64,000 nt of DNA from Chloroflexota bacterium (GTDB lineage Bacteria > Chloroflexota > Dehalococcoidia > UBA6926), in contig JAPOOK010000007.1 of the NCBI GenBank assembly GCA_026713485.1, positions 886 to 64,885 on the forward strand, read 5' to 3'. Positions 8,644 to 17,259 of the stretch are shown here, one piece after another. The position numbers were made by a program, and so were the translations under genes. The notes below the pieces were generated by a model that ran no database searches, was not told the DNA's origin, and saw nothing but the letters and a program-made list of their open reading frames with translations. Positions within the stretch are counted from its first letter, which is position 1. Each line of letters starts with the position of its first letter.

Positions 8644-9440
8644 CTGCTGTTGCAGGGTCCCTTTCTTGCGCCCGTGGGGTCGAGCATCCTGTATCCCTTG
8701 ATGGGAATTGAAGCCAAACGCTCGATGATGGGCGACTGGTTTCCGAGGTGTTCCAGAACCCAACCGAGACGCTTTGAGATCGTCACACCCAGTCTTTCCG
8801 CGTAATTCGCGATGCGCTCGATATCGACGCGATCCATTGCGACCTCGAAGGCATGGATGGCTTCACCAAAGTCACCACAGTATTGGGGCATAGAAATGCC
8901 GTCAAGCAGCGTGCGCTCAAGGTCAGTCATGTAGACTCGCGAGTCGCCCACCCATACCTGTTGCGTGCCGAAATAGCGTTCAGGCCGTACCTGGACAAAC
9001 TTGTATGTCACCTCGCCCACGGGGTAATGTCCGTCGCGGTTGCTGGATGTGTCATCTTGAAGGCGGGGAACAGAGTGCTCAGTGGTCGTCAGGACGAAGA
9101 CGCCCCGAGGTGTTTGTTCAGTGAGGCCGTGATAACTCATTGCAGACCAATGCGAGATTGCTGCGGGCTGTACGAGCGCCATCGCAACCTCGAATTCATG
9201 AGTGTCGGAAATCCCGGGAACAGACGAAGACAGGGCATAGAGACCACGACGCAGCGGAACAATCCAGCCGTTTTGCCGAAGGTGGAACAGTGCTTCTCCC
9301 AGATAGGAATCCTTCAGACCAACACGAGGCGCAAGTTCGCGTGCACGGTCGGTTGTGAAGATGCGGTCCCCTTCGTAAGCAAGCTGCCGCACCAACTCAA
9401 TACCGACAAGAGTCTGCTTGGGTCGTGTCCTGGAGGTCAT
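8601..9440 (-). CDS. abiEi: AbiEi-family antitoxin / transcriptional regulator
   Basis: It has an N-terminal wHTH-like region (IELVRQLAYEGDRIFTTDRARELAP..LGEALFHLRQNGWIVPLRRGLYAL) and sits directly upstream of abiEii. ATG 9440 follows an AAGGAA SD. The track start at 9491 would lie inside the predicted -10 box. Confidence 0.85.
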   Translation of the reverse strand: MTSRTRPKQTLVGIELVRQLAYEGDRIFTTDRARELAPRVGLKDSYLGEALFHLRQNGWIVPLRRGLYALSSSVPGISDTHEFEVAMALVQPAAISHWSAMSYHGLTEQTPRGVFVLTTTEHSVPRLQDDTSSNRDGHYPVGEVTYKFVQVRPERYFGTQQVWVGDSRVYMTDLERTLLDGISMPQYCGDFGEAIHAFEVAMDRVDIERIANYAERLGVTISKRLGWVLEHLGNQSPIIERLASIPIKGYRMLDPTGARKGPCNSRWMIQENLPGLVTT

Positions 9441-9490
9441 GTTCAGCCGTTCCTTCGATAGTGATTCTGGCATAGCATTATGGACTCGCA

Positions 9491-9519
9491 AAGATAGCGC
9501 GATATTTGGACAATGTCAA
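9491..9519 (-). promoter_or_regulatory. Sigma70-like promoter of the abiE operon
   Basis: Minus strand reads TTGACA (9519-9514), 17-nt spacer, TATCTT (9496-9491), about 45 nt upstream of ATG 9440. Confidence 0.5.
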
Positions 9520-9639
9520 ATTATCACACTAGCTTTTTATTGGCACAATAAGCGCTCCGGATTCCGGGGCATTAGAACAATTCGGTGTGCAGCCCATCCC
9601 GCGCCTGTTGCAAAATCAAAGTGCCAACTCAAAACGGAA

Positions 9640-9960
9640 ATTTATCTGTGCCGTTGGCTTTGGCTGGCCAAAGAAGATAGGCTTCCGCGTTCCGGCTTTG
9701 GCGGTTACTTATCTTTCTTCTTGATTCGAGGTAATCGTTGGTTGGCCGGGGGATTCGCTTCCGCGTTCCGGCTTTGGCGGCCCATCCCGTCATTCCCGTG
9801 CTTGACACGGGAATCCAGTGCGGCACACCGTGACCCTGTCCTATTCCAAGCGGGTTTCTCTGTCATTCTGAGCGCAGCGAAGAATCTAAAGCCTCGATTG
9901 ATACGCCAACATCCTGAGATTCTTCACTTCGCTACGCTCCGTTCAGAATGACATTCGGGA
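9640..9960. repeat. Cluster of REP-like hairpin repeats at the right border of the defence island
   Basis: There is a 24-nt exact direct repeat GCTTCCGCGTTCCGGCTTTGGCGG at 9681-9704 and 9757-9780. A hairpin GTCATTCCCGTGCTTGACACGGGAATC lies at 9789-9815. An inverted imperfect pair GTCATTCTGAGCGCAGCGAAGAATC (9862-9886) / GATTCTTCACTTCGCTACGCTCCGTTCAGAATGAC (9918-9952) is also present. Confidence 0.85.
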
Positions 9961-10004
9961 AACTGACGCAGTTACAATAGGCCCCACACCCGAAGGAGGC
10001 ACAT

Positions 10005-10370
10005 GTGACCAGAGCCAGGTTCATCGAGGTAGAGGTAGAAGCCGGCAATAACTGCGACTTCTCCCTACACCGCATCTTCAGCGTCGTTGAAGAGCCGAAA
10101 GAGGTCGTGCGCGTGGAAGCCCCCGGCATCCGCGGCGAACTGGCGATGGTGGAGGTTATTGGCTGGGGTGAGGACGGCCCCTGCCCCGCCTACGCGGCGA
10201 TCGTGGAGGATTCCGGCGAGGGACATGCCCTGCTGATCTTTGGCGGCGATGACGGCATCCGCACGCGCCCCCTTGATTCCGACAGCCCATGGAGCCTGGA
10301 CGACCCTGCCCAGACCGGCGAACCGTGCCTCCTCCTCGACAAGACAACTCCGTACGTCCCCGCCGAATAA
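10005..10370 (+). CDS. Hypothetical acidic protein (121 aa)
   Basis: An ORF with host-like GC content, immediately followed by a second small ORF. No motif recognised. Confidence 0.5.
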   Translation: MTRARFIEVEVEAGNNCDFSLHRIFSVVEEPKEVVRVEAPGIRGELAMVEVIGWGEDGPCPAYAAIVEDSGEGHALLIFGGDDGIRTRPLDSDSPWSLDDPAQTGEPCLLLDKTTPYVPAE

Positions 10371-10374
10371 CACC

Positions 10375-10743
10375 ATGACCACCCCACAAGACGAGGCCTG
10401 GGACTACGCCGAGCAACTCCTCGCCCGACCCCAGCGCCGCATCGAAGTGACGCTTGCCCGCGGCGAGGCCGAAACACGACTACTCCATGACGGCAACGCA
10501 ATGGTCATCTGCCCCAACGACGACTTGGGACGCACACAGGCGCAGCTTGTGGCGCGAGCGCTCGGCATCCCTTTGCCGGAGGTTGGGGAATCTGAGACGG
10601 TCGGCGTCAGCAGTGGTGTGCTGCATCGCGTCATGTCCATCTCGACAATGGATCCAACGGACGAGGATATCTGGCCTCTGTTTGCCCGCCTGCTTGAAGA
10701 GGCGGAGGCCATGAGGGCCAACGTCAGCGAGTTGGAGGAATAG
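10375..10743 (+). CDS. Hypothetical acidic protein (122 aa)
   Basis: ATG 10375 (MTTPQDEAWDYAEQLL..) lies 4 nt after the stop of the preceding ORF. The track ORF from 10240 overlaps that ORF and is probably too long. Confidence 0.5.
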   Translation: MTTPQDEAWDYAEQLLARPQRRIEVTLARGEAETRLLHDGNAMVICPNDDLGRTQAQLVARALGIPLPEVGESETVGVSSGVLHRVMSISTMDPTDEDIWPLFARLLEEAEAMRANVSELEE

Positions 10744-10773
10744 GCACCGTTAGTGACATCCGTCACAAGCGTA

Positions 10774-10802
10774 TTGACAGCAGATAGGCGGGCGCTTATA
10801 GT
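10774..10802 (+). promoter_or_regulatory. Near-consensus sigma70 promoter of the cys-operon leader
   Basis: TTGACA (10774-10779), exactly 17 nt, TATAGT (10797-10802). Confidence 0.6.
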
Positions 10803-11000
10803 GCCCATAAGTAAATCGCAAGAACGATGAACACCTTCGCAAATACACATAGTCCATCAGTTGCCGCCCTGGCGCGCCGCGCCGCGGTGACCTGCTCGTG
10901 TTACATGCCCGTCCCGGGGCGGGAGGCCGCGCGCTAGCAATAGCAGGCCTCAAGGACAGAGCAGCGCTGAATCTCTGGCAACACAGAAACAAGCGCATCA

Positions 11001-11031
11001 ACCGCCCCACAACAGAAGGGGCGGTTTTTTT
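11001..11031 (+). terminator. Intrinsic terminator in the cysH leader (attenuator candidate)
   Basis: The stem is ACCGCCCC (11001-11008) paired with GGGGCGGT (11018-11025), with a 9-nt loop. It is followed by a run of 7 T (11025-11031) and lies just upstream of cysH. Confidence 0.75.
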
Positions 11032-11039
11032 ATCTCTGA

Positions 11040-11858
11040 ATGACAGAGCGACCACAGTACACAATCGCAGAGGAAATCGAGGGGGAACCGGAGCAAATGG
11101 CAACACTGGAAGCACTTCGGACGGAATGGACGGAGGAGCGGCTGGCGGAGGTGAGCGCTCAGCTTGAAGACGCGCACCCGAGCGAAATCGTCCGCTGGGC
11201 AGTTGAGAACTTCTTCCCGGACATCACTCTTGCGTGCAGCTTCGGCGGCGTGTCCGGCATGGTCCTGCTTGATATGGCCATGAAGATCAACCCGGAGGTC
11301 TCCGTCTTCTACGTGGACACGGATTTCCTGTTCCCGGATACGCATAACCTCAAAGACAAGGTGGGGCGTCGTTACGGCATCCAGCCCATCGGCTTCAAGA
11401 CGGACGTCACCGTTGCGCAGCAGGCCGCCCTGCACGGGCCCGAGCTGTGGAAGGTTGATCCCGACCTCTGCTGCGAGATTCGCAAGGTTGCGCCGAATGA
11501 GCAGGCGCTTGTCGGACAGAAGGCATGGATCGCCGGTCTGCGTCGCGACCAGGGCGACACCCGCAAGGATGTCGCGATTGTCGCGTGGGACTCCAAGTTC
11601 GACCTGATCAAGATCAATCCCCTGGCCAACTGGTCTGAGGACGATGTTTGGGACTATATCCGCGAGAACAACGTCCCGTACAACGCGCTGCACGAGCAGG
11701 GCTACCCGAGCATCGGCTGCACCAATTGCACGCGCCCCGTGGAGCCCGGCGAGGATCCGCGCGCAGGCCGCTGGTCCGATTTCGAGGACAAGGTCGAATG
11801 CGGCATCCACATCGACCCTGAGACGGGCAAGGTCGTTTCAACGACTGCGGCGAACTGA
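11040..11858 (+). CDS. cysH: Adenylylsulfate/phosphoadenylylsulfate reductase (Fe-S, APS-type CysH)
   Basis: PAPS-reductase fold with the cysteine pairs CC (DPDLCCEIRK) and CxxC (SIGCTNCT), plus the C-terminal ECGIH motif. ATG 11097 has a GGAG SD and is a likelier start than 11040. Confidence 0.9.
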   Translation: MTERPQYTIAEEIEGEPEQMATLEALRTEWTEERLAEVSAQLEDAHPSEIVRWAVENFFPDITLACSFGGVSGMVLLDMAMKINPEVSVFYVDTDFLFPDTHNLKDKVGRRYGIQPIGFKTDVTVAQQAALHGPELWKVDPDLCCEIRKVAPNEQALVGQKAWIAGLRRDQGDTRKDVAIVAWDSKFDLIKINPLANWSEDDVWDYIRENNVPYNALHEQGYPSIGCTNCTRPVEPGEDPRAGRWSDFEDKVECGIHIDPETGKVVSTTAAN

Positions 11859-11927
11859 CGCGGCCGTCTCAACATCACACAACACGCGAGAACGCCGATA
11901 ACGGCAAGGAAAACTCACAGGAGGAAT

Positions 11928-12506
11928 TTGAGAGTGACCACCAACCACAATGGAGTGACCGTTTGGTTCACCGGGCTTTCGGGCGCCGGCAAGAGCACCA
12001 TTGCAGAGCGACTGCTGGCGGTTCTGCGAGACCAGGGCATCAAGTCCGAGCTGCTGGACGGCGACGTCGTTCGCACGAACCTCAGCAAGGGACTTGGGTT
12101 CAGCAAGGAAGACCGTGACACCAACATCCGCCGCATCGGCTTTGTCAGCGACCTGCTGACACGCAACGGCGTTGTGAGCATCGTGTCCGCCATCTCTCCC
12201 TATCGCGAGGTTCGGGACGAAGTTCGCGAGCAGATCGGCGATTTCATTGAAGTCCACGTCCACGCCTCGCTTGATGAGCTCGTCAAGCGTGACGTCAAAG
12301 GCCTGTATGAGAAGGCGCTCAAGGGCGAGATTCAGAATTTCACCGGCGTTTCCGACCCCTACGAGGAGCCGCTGACACCCGAGGTTCTTGTCGACACGGA
12401 GCAGGAAGAGATCGAGGAGAGCCTGGGCAAGGTGCTGGGCGCGCTTGAGGAGCGGGGCATCATCCCGTCCGGCGCAAGCAGAGAGTTGGCGGGGGCGGCG
12501 ACCTAG
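11928..12506 (+). CDS. cysC: Adenylyl-sulfate kinase
   Basis: P-loop [15 protein letters not shown] and APS-kinase length. GTG 11934 after AGGAGG may be the true start. Confidence 0.92.
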   Translation: MRVTTNHNGVTVWFTGLSGAGKSTIAERLLAVLRDQGIKSELLDGDVVRTNLSKGLGFSKEDRDTNIRRIGFVSDLLTRNGVVSIVSAISPYREVRDEVREQIGDFIEVHVHASLDELVKRDVKGLYEKALKGEIQNFTGVSDPYEEPLTPEVLVDTEQEEIEESLGKVLGALEERGIIPSGASRELAGAAT

Positions 12507-12509
12507 ATT

Positions 12510-13718
12510 ATGGCAACGACTACGCTAAACACTCACACCACTGCGCCCCACGCGGACGTGGAAGAAACGATCGCCCCGCACGGCGGCACACTTGTCGACC
12601 GATTTGCGTCGCCTGATCAGGCAACAGAGATCCGGGAACGCGCGCCGGAGCTGACCCACATCACACTCAGCATGCGCGAGACCGCCGACCTCGACCTCAT
12701 CGCCGTCGGCGCAATGAGCCCGCTAACGGGATTCATGAACCAGGCGGACTACTCGCGCACGGTTCGTGAGATGCGTCTCGCAAACGGAACACTCTGGAGC
12801 CTGCCCATTACCCTTTCCGCCCCCGCGGACACCGCGCGCGGCCTGAAGAGTGGGCAGGACGTTGTGCTTGCGGACGCCTCCGGCCGCCACCTCGCCATCC
12901 TCTCGGTGGATGAGGTCTACGACTACGACAAGGAAGTAGAGGCGCAGCACGTCTTCGCAACGACGGAGGAGGCCCACCCCGGCGTCGCTTCCGTGTACGG
13001 CCAGCACGAGATGCTCATCGGCGGCTCCGTCACGGTTATCGAGCGTGAGAACCTGGAGCCTGAGCTGCGGCCGTACCGTGAGGACCCGGCACAGACACGC
13101 GCCGCATTTGCGGAACGGCATTGGCGGACGATCGTCGGGTTCCAGACCCGCAACCCCGTGCACCGCGCCCATGAGTACATCCAGAAGGCTGCGCTTGAGA
13201 TCGTCGATGGCCTGCTCCTCCACCCGTTGGTGGGCGAGACCAAGCCGGATGACATTCCTGCAGACGTGCGAATGCGCTGCTACGAGGCGTTGATCGAGGG
13301 GTACTACCCCGAGGATCGCGTCCACTTGTCGGTGCTGCCTGCGGCGATGCGTTACGCAGGCCCGCGCGAGGCCGTGTTCCATGCCCTCGTTCGCAAGAAC
13401 TATGGCTGCACGCATTTCATCGTCGGGCGAGGCCATGCGGGCGTCGGCAACTACTACGGGACATACGATGCGCAGGACTTGCTCCGCAGCATTCCGGCCG
13501 AAGACCTCGGCATCACGCCCCTGTACTTCGACCACTCCTTCTACTGCAATCGCTGCGAAGGCATGGCGTCAATGAAGACGTGTCCGCACGGGCCGGAGCA
13601 GCGTGTGTTCCTGAGCGGCACGCAGGTGCGTGACATGCTGTCTCGCGGCGAGGTGCCGCCCATGGAGTTCACGCGGCCTGAGGTGGCGCAGATTCTGATT
13701 GAGGCGGCGAAGGGATAG
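12510..13718 (+). CDS. sat: Sulfate adenylyltransferase (ATP sulfurylase)
   Basis: 402 aa with GFQTRNPVHRAHE and VGRGHAGVG motifs. Confidence 0.92.
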   Translation: MATTTLNTHTTAPHADVEETIAPHGGTLVDRFASPDQATEIRERAPELTHITLSMRETADLDLIAVGAMSPLTGFMNQADYSRTVREMRLANGTLWSLPITLSAPADTARGLKSGQDVVLADASGRHLAILSVDEVYDYDKEVEAQHVFATTEEAHPGVASVYGQHEMLIGGSVTVIERENLEPELRPYREDPAQTRAAFAERHWRTIVGFQTRNPVHRAHEYIQKAALEIVDGLLLHPLVGETKPDDIPADVRMRCYEALIEGYYPEDRVHLSVLPAAMRYAGPREAVFHALVRKNYGCTHFIVGRGHAGVGNYYGTYDAQDLLRSIPAEDLGITPLYFDHSFYCNRCEGMASMKTCPHGPEQRVFLSGTQVRDMLSRGEVPPMEFTRPEVAQILIEAAKG

Positions 13719-13869
13719 CCTCTCCGCCATCATTCACGCGGCCACCCAAGCCGGAACGCGGAACGCTAAGCGAATAGGCAAACCAGACTTTATCGCGAAC
13801 AGAGAAAATAATTTGAGTTGGAGCGCCGGCGGGCGTACCCTGTAGGGAGCTATCCGGAGGGAGGATAAC

Positions 13870-15672
13870 GTGGCTACGACAACGGAAACGGGACAACGTT
13901 CCGCCCGACCCTCGATCATCCAGTACCTGGATGAGGAGATTGCCGACTACGAAGGCAGGGTCAAGGAGTTTCGCGCCGGAGAGATTCCGGAGGACGAGTT
14001 CATGTCCTTCCGGCTGCGTCTCGGCGTCTATGGTCAACGGCAGCCGGATGCCCAGATGTTTCGCATCAAGATTCCCGGCGGCCTTGCTCACGCAGACCAA
14101 TGGGACGCCATCGGCCAGATTGCCGAGCAGTGGGCGCCGCTCCGCAAGGGACACATCACCACGCGAGAGAACGTCCAACTCCACCACCTCCTGCTTGAGG
14201 ACGCGGCGAAGGCCATGCACCTTCTCCAGAGCGTCGGCCTGAGCACCAAGGAGGCGTGCGGGAACTCCGTTCGCAATATCACGGCCTGCCCAATGGCCGG
14301 AATCGATCCTCAACAGGCATTTGACATCCTGCCCTACATGGGCGCGTTTGCGCGAAACTTTGTGCGACGCGATTTCACGTTCCACATGCCGCGCAAGGTC
14401 AAGCCGGCGTTTTCCTGCGGCGACCATGACTGCGCGACGGTGGGAATGCATGACATCGGCTTCGTCGCCCGGGTCCGGGAAATCGACGGCGAGCAGGTCA
14501 AGGGCTTCAAGATCACGGTCGGCGGCGGCACGTCGATCCAGCCGCTGATCGCAGAGACCATCTATGAGTTCGTGCCCGTCGATGAGTTCCTCCGCGTTTC
14601 GGAGGCCATGCTGCGCGTCTTCAACCGGACGGCGTGGCTGCGTCGCAACAAGATGAAGGCACGGATCAAGGTCCTCATCCACACCGAGGGCATCGACTCA
14701 TTCCGCGAGCAGGTCGAAGAAGAGTTGCAGCAGGACTGGGCGCAGGACTACGAGGACAAGGACTACCTGCTCTTCCACGATGATGAAGCGGCGGACATCC
14801 CCGCCCTGCCCACAGGCGTTGAGCCGCGTGGCGAGGACGATGCGGCTTTCCAGGCCTGGAAAAAGTCCAACGTCATCCCGCAAGAGGCGGACGGCTACAG
14901 CTTCGTCGGCATCACCGTGACGCGCGGCGACCTCTCGCCGGAGCAGTACTATGGAACGGCCGAGATCTCCCGCAAGTACGCGAGCTACCGTATCCGCACC
15001 ACGCCGGAGCAGAACATGATGCTCCGCTGGGTGCCGAATGCGTATCTGTACGACGTGTACCAGGAGCTCGTGGCGCTGGAGCTGCATGAAGGCGGCATGA
15101 ACCAGATCACGGACGTGACGTCCTGCCCCGGCACGGACAGCTGCAAGCTGGGCATCACGTCCTCCATGGGCCTGAACAAGGCGGTCGCGGATGCAGTGCG
15201 CAACCCCAATGGCCACACAAATTTGCTGGAAGACCCGCTCATCAAGCAGATGCACATCAAGATGAGCGGCTGCCCGAACGGCTGCGGACGCCACCACGTC
15301 TCGGACATCGGCTTCCACGGCGCGTTCATCAAGGGCCCCGGCGGCGGACAGATTCCGGCGTATGAGGTCTTCTTGGGCGGCAGCCATGAGAACGCGGACA
15401 TGCGCTTCGGCGTGCGGCCTCGCGGCAAGATTCCTGCCAAGAAGGTGACCGAGGCCGTATTCCACCTCCTCCGCTACTACAGGGACAACCGTGAGGACGG
15501 CGAGTTGTTCAAGGACTTCGCGCACCGGCTGGGTCGCGAGCCGTTCGAGGACATCATCAAGGACTACCAGGACGTCGGGCCGCTCAACAAGGCGAACCTC
15601 GATCACTACATCGACTACGACAAGTCCGTGCTGTACGTCATGGAGCGTGGCGAGGGCGAGTGCGCGACGTAG
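13870..15672 (+). CDS. sir: Sulfite reductase (ferredoxin-type, siroheme/4Fe-4S)
   Basis: 600 aa nitrite/sulfite reductase repeats with the Cys cluster TSCPGTDSCKLG .. SGCPNGCGRHH. GTG start follows GGAGGGAGG. Confidence 0.88.
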   Translation: MATTTETGQRSARPSIIQYLDEEIADYEGRVKEFRAGEIPEDEFMSFRLRLGVYGQRQPDAQMFRIKIPGGLAHADQWDAIGQIAEQWAPLRKGHITTRENVQLHHLLLEDAAKAMHLLQSVGLSTKEACGNSVRNITACPMAGIDPQQAFDILPYMGAFARNFVRRDFTFHMPRKVKPAFSCGDHDCATVGMHDIGFVARVREIDGEQVKGFKITVGGGTSIQPLIAETIYEFVPVDEFLRVSEAMLRVFNRTAWLRRNKMKARIKVLIHTEGIDSFREQVEEELQQDWAQDYEDKDYLLFHDDEAADIPALPTGVEPRGEDDAAFQAWKKSNVIPQEADGYSFVGITVTRGDLSPEQYYGTAEISRKYASYRIRTTPEQNMMLRWVPNAYLYDVYQELVALELHEGGMNQITDVTSCPGTDSCKLGITSSMGLNKAVADAVRNPNGHTNLLEDPLIKQMHIKMSGCPNGCGRHHVSDIGFHGAFIKGPGGGQIPAYEVFLGGSHENADMRFGVRPRGKIPAKKVTEAVFHLLRYYRDNREDGELFKDFAHRLGREPFEDIIKDYQDVGPLNKANLDHYIDYDKSVLYVMERGEGECAT

Positions 15673-15727
15673 AGTCGAACGCGCAAGCCGCTGAGTGATC
15701 GGAATCGACTGAGAAAGCGGGGCATAT

Positions 15728-16588
15728 ATGGCTGACCTTGGAGGACGGCGCATCGTTGTCCTTGAGGCGCGGATGCCCTCTGAACTCGGCAACCTTGTGG
15801 CCCGCCACGGCGGCGAGGCCATCAGCGCCCCTGCCCTGCGCGAGGCGGCGCTTCCAATGCGGCAGGATGTCCGGGATGTCATCGACGGCATCTGCGCCCA
15901 CACGATTCAGGCGGCTGTCTTCCTCACAGGTGTCGGCGCACGTGCCCTGATCAACGCAGCGGATGAGCTTGGCCGCAAGGATGAGTTCCTGGACGCCCTG
16001 CGTGAGACGACGGTCATCTGCCGCGGCCCAAAGCCGGTGGCGGTTCTCAAGCCGCTGCAAGTGCCCATCGCGCTCGTCTCACCGTCTCCCTACACGTCTG
16101 AGGACCTGCTGGCGGCGCTCAAGGAGTCCGACATCAATCTGAGCGGCAAGCGCGTCGTTCTTCAACATTACGGCGAGGTGAACGCCTGGCTGCGCGGTGA
16201 GCTTGAGGCGTTGGAGGCGGACGTTCTCGAAGTGTCTCTCTATTCGTGGCAACTCCCGGAGGACACACGCCCCGTCGTCGATGCTATCGCGCTGATGCTC
16301 GCACAGGACGTGGATGCCCTCATGCTGACCACGCAGTCGCAGGCCCACAATCTCTTCCGTATCGCGGAGCAGGTTGGGCTTGCCGACGAGCTTCGCGAAG
16401 CGCTGTCCTCGGGAATCGTCGTGGCGTCCGTTGGCCCCGTCTGCACGCGGGCGCTGCGCGATCACGGCGTTGAACCGGACGTCGAGCCTGTCAATCCCAA
16501 GATGGGTCCGTTGGTGCTCGCCCTCGCGGATTATCTGAACGCACAAGACTCCGTCCCGTCGCACGCAGCCGCCGCCACGGGGACATAG
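15728..16588 (+). CDS. Uroporphyrinogen-III synthase (HemD) family protein
   Basis: 286 aa with a two-lobed HemD-like sequence. It sits in the operon between sir and the siroheme genes. A second HemD domain is fused to cobA downstream. Confidence 0.6.
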   Translation: MADLGGRRIVVLEARMPSELGNLVARHGGEAISAPALREAALPMRQDVRDVIDGICAHTIQAAVFLTGVGARALINAADELGRKDEFLDALRETTVICRGPKPVAVLKPLQVPIALVSPSPYTSEDLLAALKESDINLSGKRVVLQHYGEVNAWLRGELEALEADVLEVSLYSWQLPEDTRPVVDAIALMLAQDVDALMLTTQSQAHNLFRIAEQVGLADELREALSSGIVVASVGPVCTRALRDHGVEPDVEPVNPKMGPLVLALADYLNAQDSVPSHAAAATGT

Positions 16589-16617
16589 GCCGCCTTTCAC
16601 CAACGAGCGAGACGTGC

Positions 16618-17259
16618 ATGGGCTACTTTCCCGTCTATCTTGACCTGCGCGGACGCCGATGCGTCGTCATTGGTGACGACGATGAGGCGCAGATGAAGGC
16701 GGGCTCACTTGTCGAGGCGGGCGCAGTCGTCACCGTCATCAGTCCTGAGCAACGCCCTCGTTTCACCGAGATGGCGGAGCGGGGAGACATCACGCTGCAC
16801 TCTCGCAGCTATCAGCCGGGCGACCTTGCGGATGCGTTCCTGGCCATATCCGCAACGACGCATGACCGCCCCCTCAGCGAGCAAATACGCGAAGAGGCCG
16901 AGCGCGAGAAATGCCTGCTGAACGTCGTGGATATAACTGACCTCTGCACATGGATCTATCCTGCCCTCGTGCGACGTGGCGACGCGACAGTGGCTATTTC
17001 AACCAATGGCCGCAGCCCCGCCATGGCGTCGTTCCTGCGCCGCGAGATTGATGCCGCACTGCCAGAGGGTTACGGCATGTTGCTGGATGTTCTGGCCGAT
17101 GTGAGAGAGGAGTTGCGGCGCGATGGCAAGAGACCACCGTCCCGACTTTGGCAGAACGCATTGAATGACGGCGAGACTAAGGCGATGATCGACTCGGACA
17201 ACGCGGCCGCCCTACGCGAACACATCGTCGCGCTTCTGACGGAAGAGGACGGTGGCTAG
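16618..17259 (+). CDS. sirC: Precorrin-2 dehydrogenase / sirohydrochlorin ferrochelatase (SirC/CysG N-terminal type)
   Basis: N-terminus YFPVYLDLRGRRCVVIGDDDEA shows a Rossmann motif typical of siroheme synthase N-domains. Confidence 0.8.
   Translation: MGYFPVYLDLRGRRCVVIGDDDEAQMKAGSLVEAGAVVTVISPEQRPRFTEMAERGDITLHSRSYQPGDLADAFLAISATTHDRPLSEQIREEAEREKCLLNVVDITDLCTWIYPALVRRGDATVAISTNGRSPAMASFLRREIDAALPEGYGMLLDVLADVREELRRDGKRPPSRLWQNALNDGETKAMIDSDNAAALREHIVALLTEEDGG

Noticed and set aside
10803-11000. A known SAM (S-box, SAM-IV) or T-box riboswitch in the cys leader.
   Set aside because: I could not find the conserved cores by eye: no AGAG..GAGGGA..GGCCC..GCAACC series and no T-box GGUGGNACCGCG. 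This is left as an unclassified leader. A covariance-model scan is needed.
10998-15903. A series of long minus-strand ORFs (10998-11810, 12723-13535, 13669-14682, 14698-15903) opposite the cys operon.
   Set aside because: Each lies antisense to a + strand gene with clear enzyme motifs (CysH, Sat, Sir). They have no motifs and a biased Arg/Ala/Gly composition.
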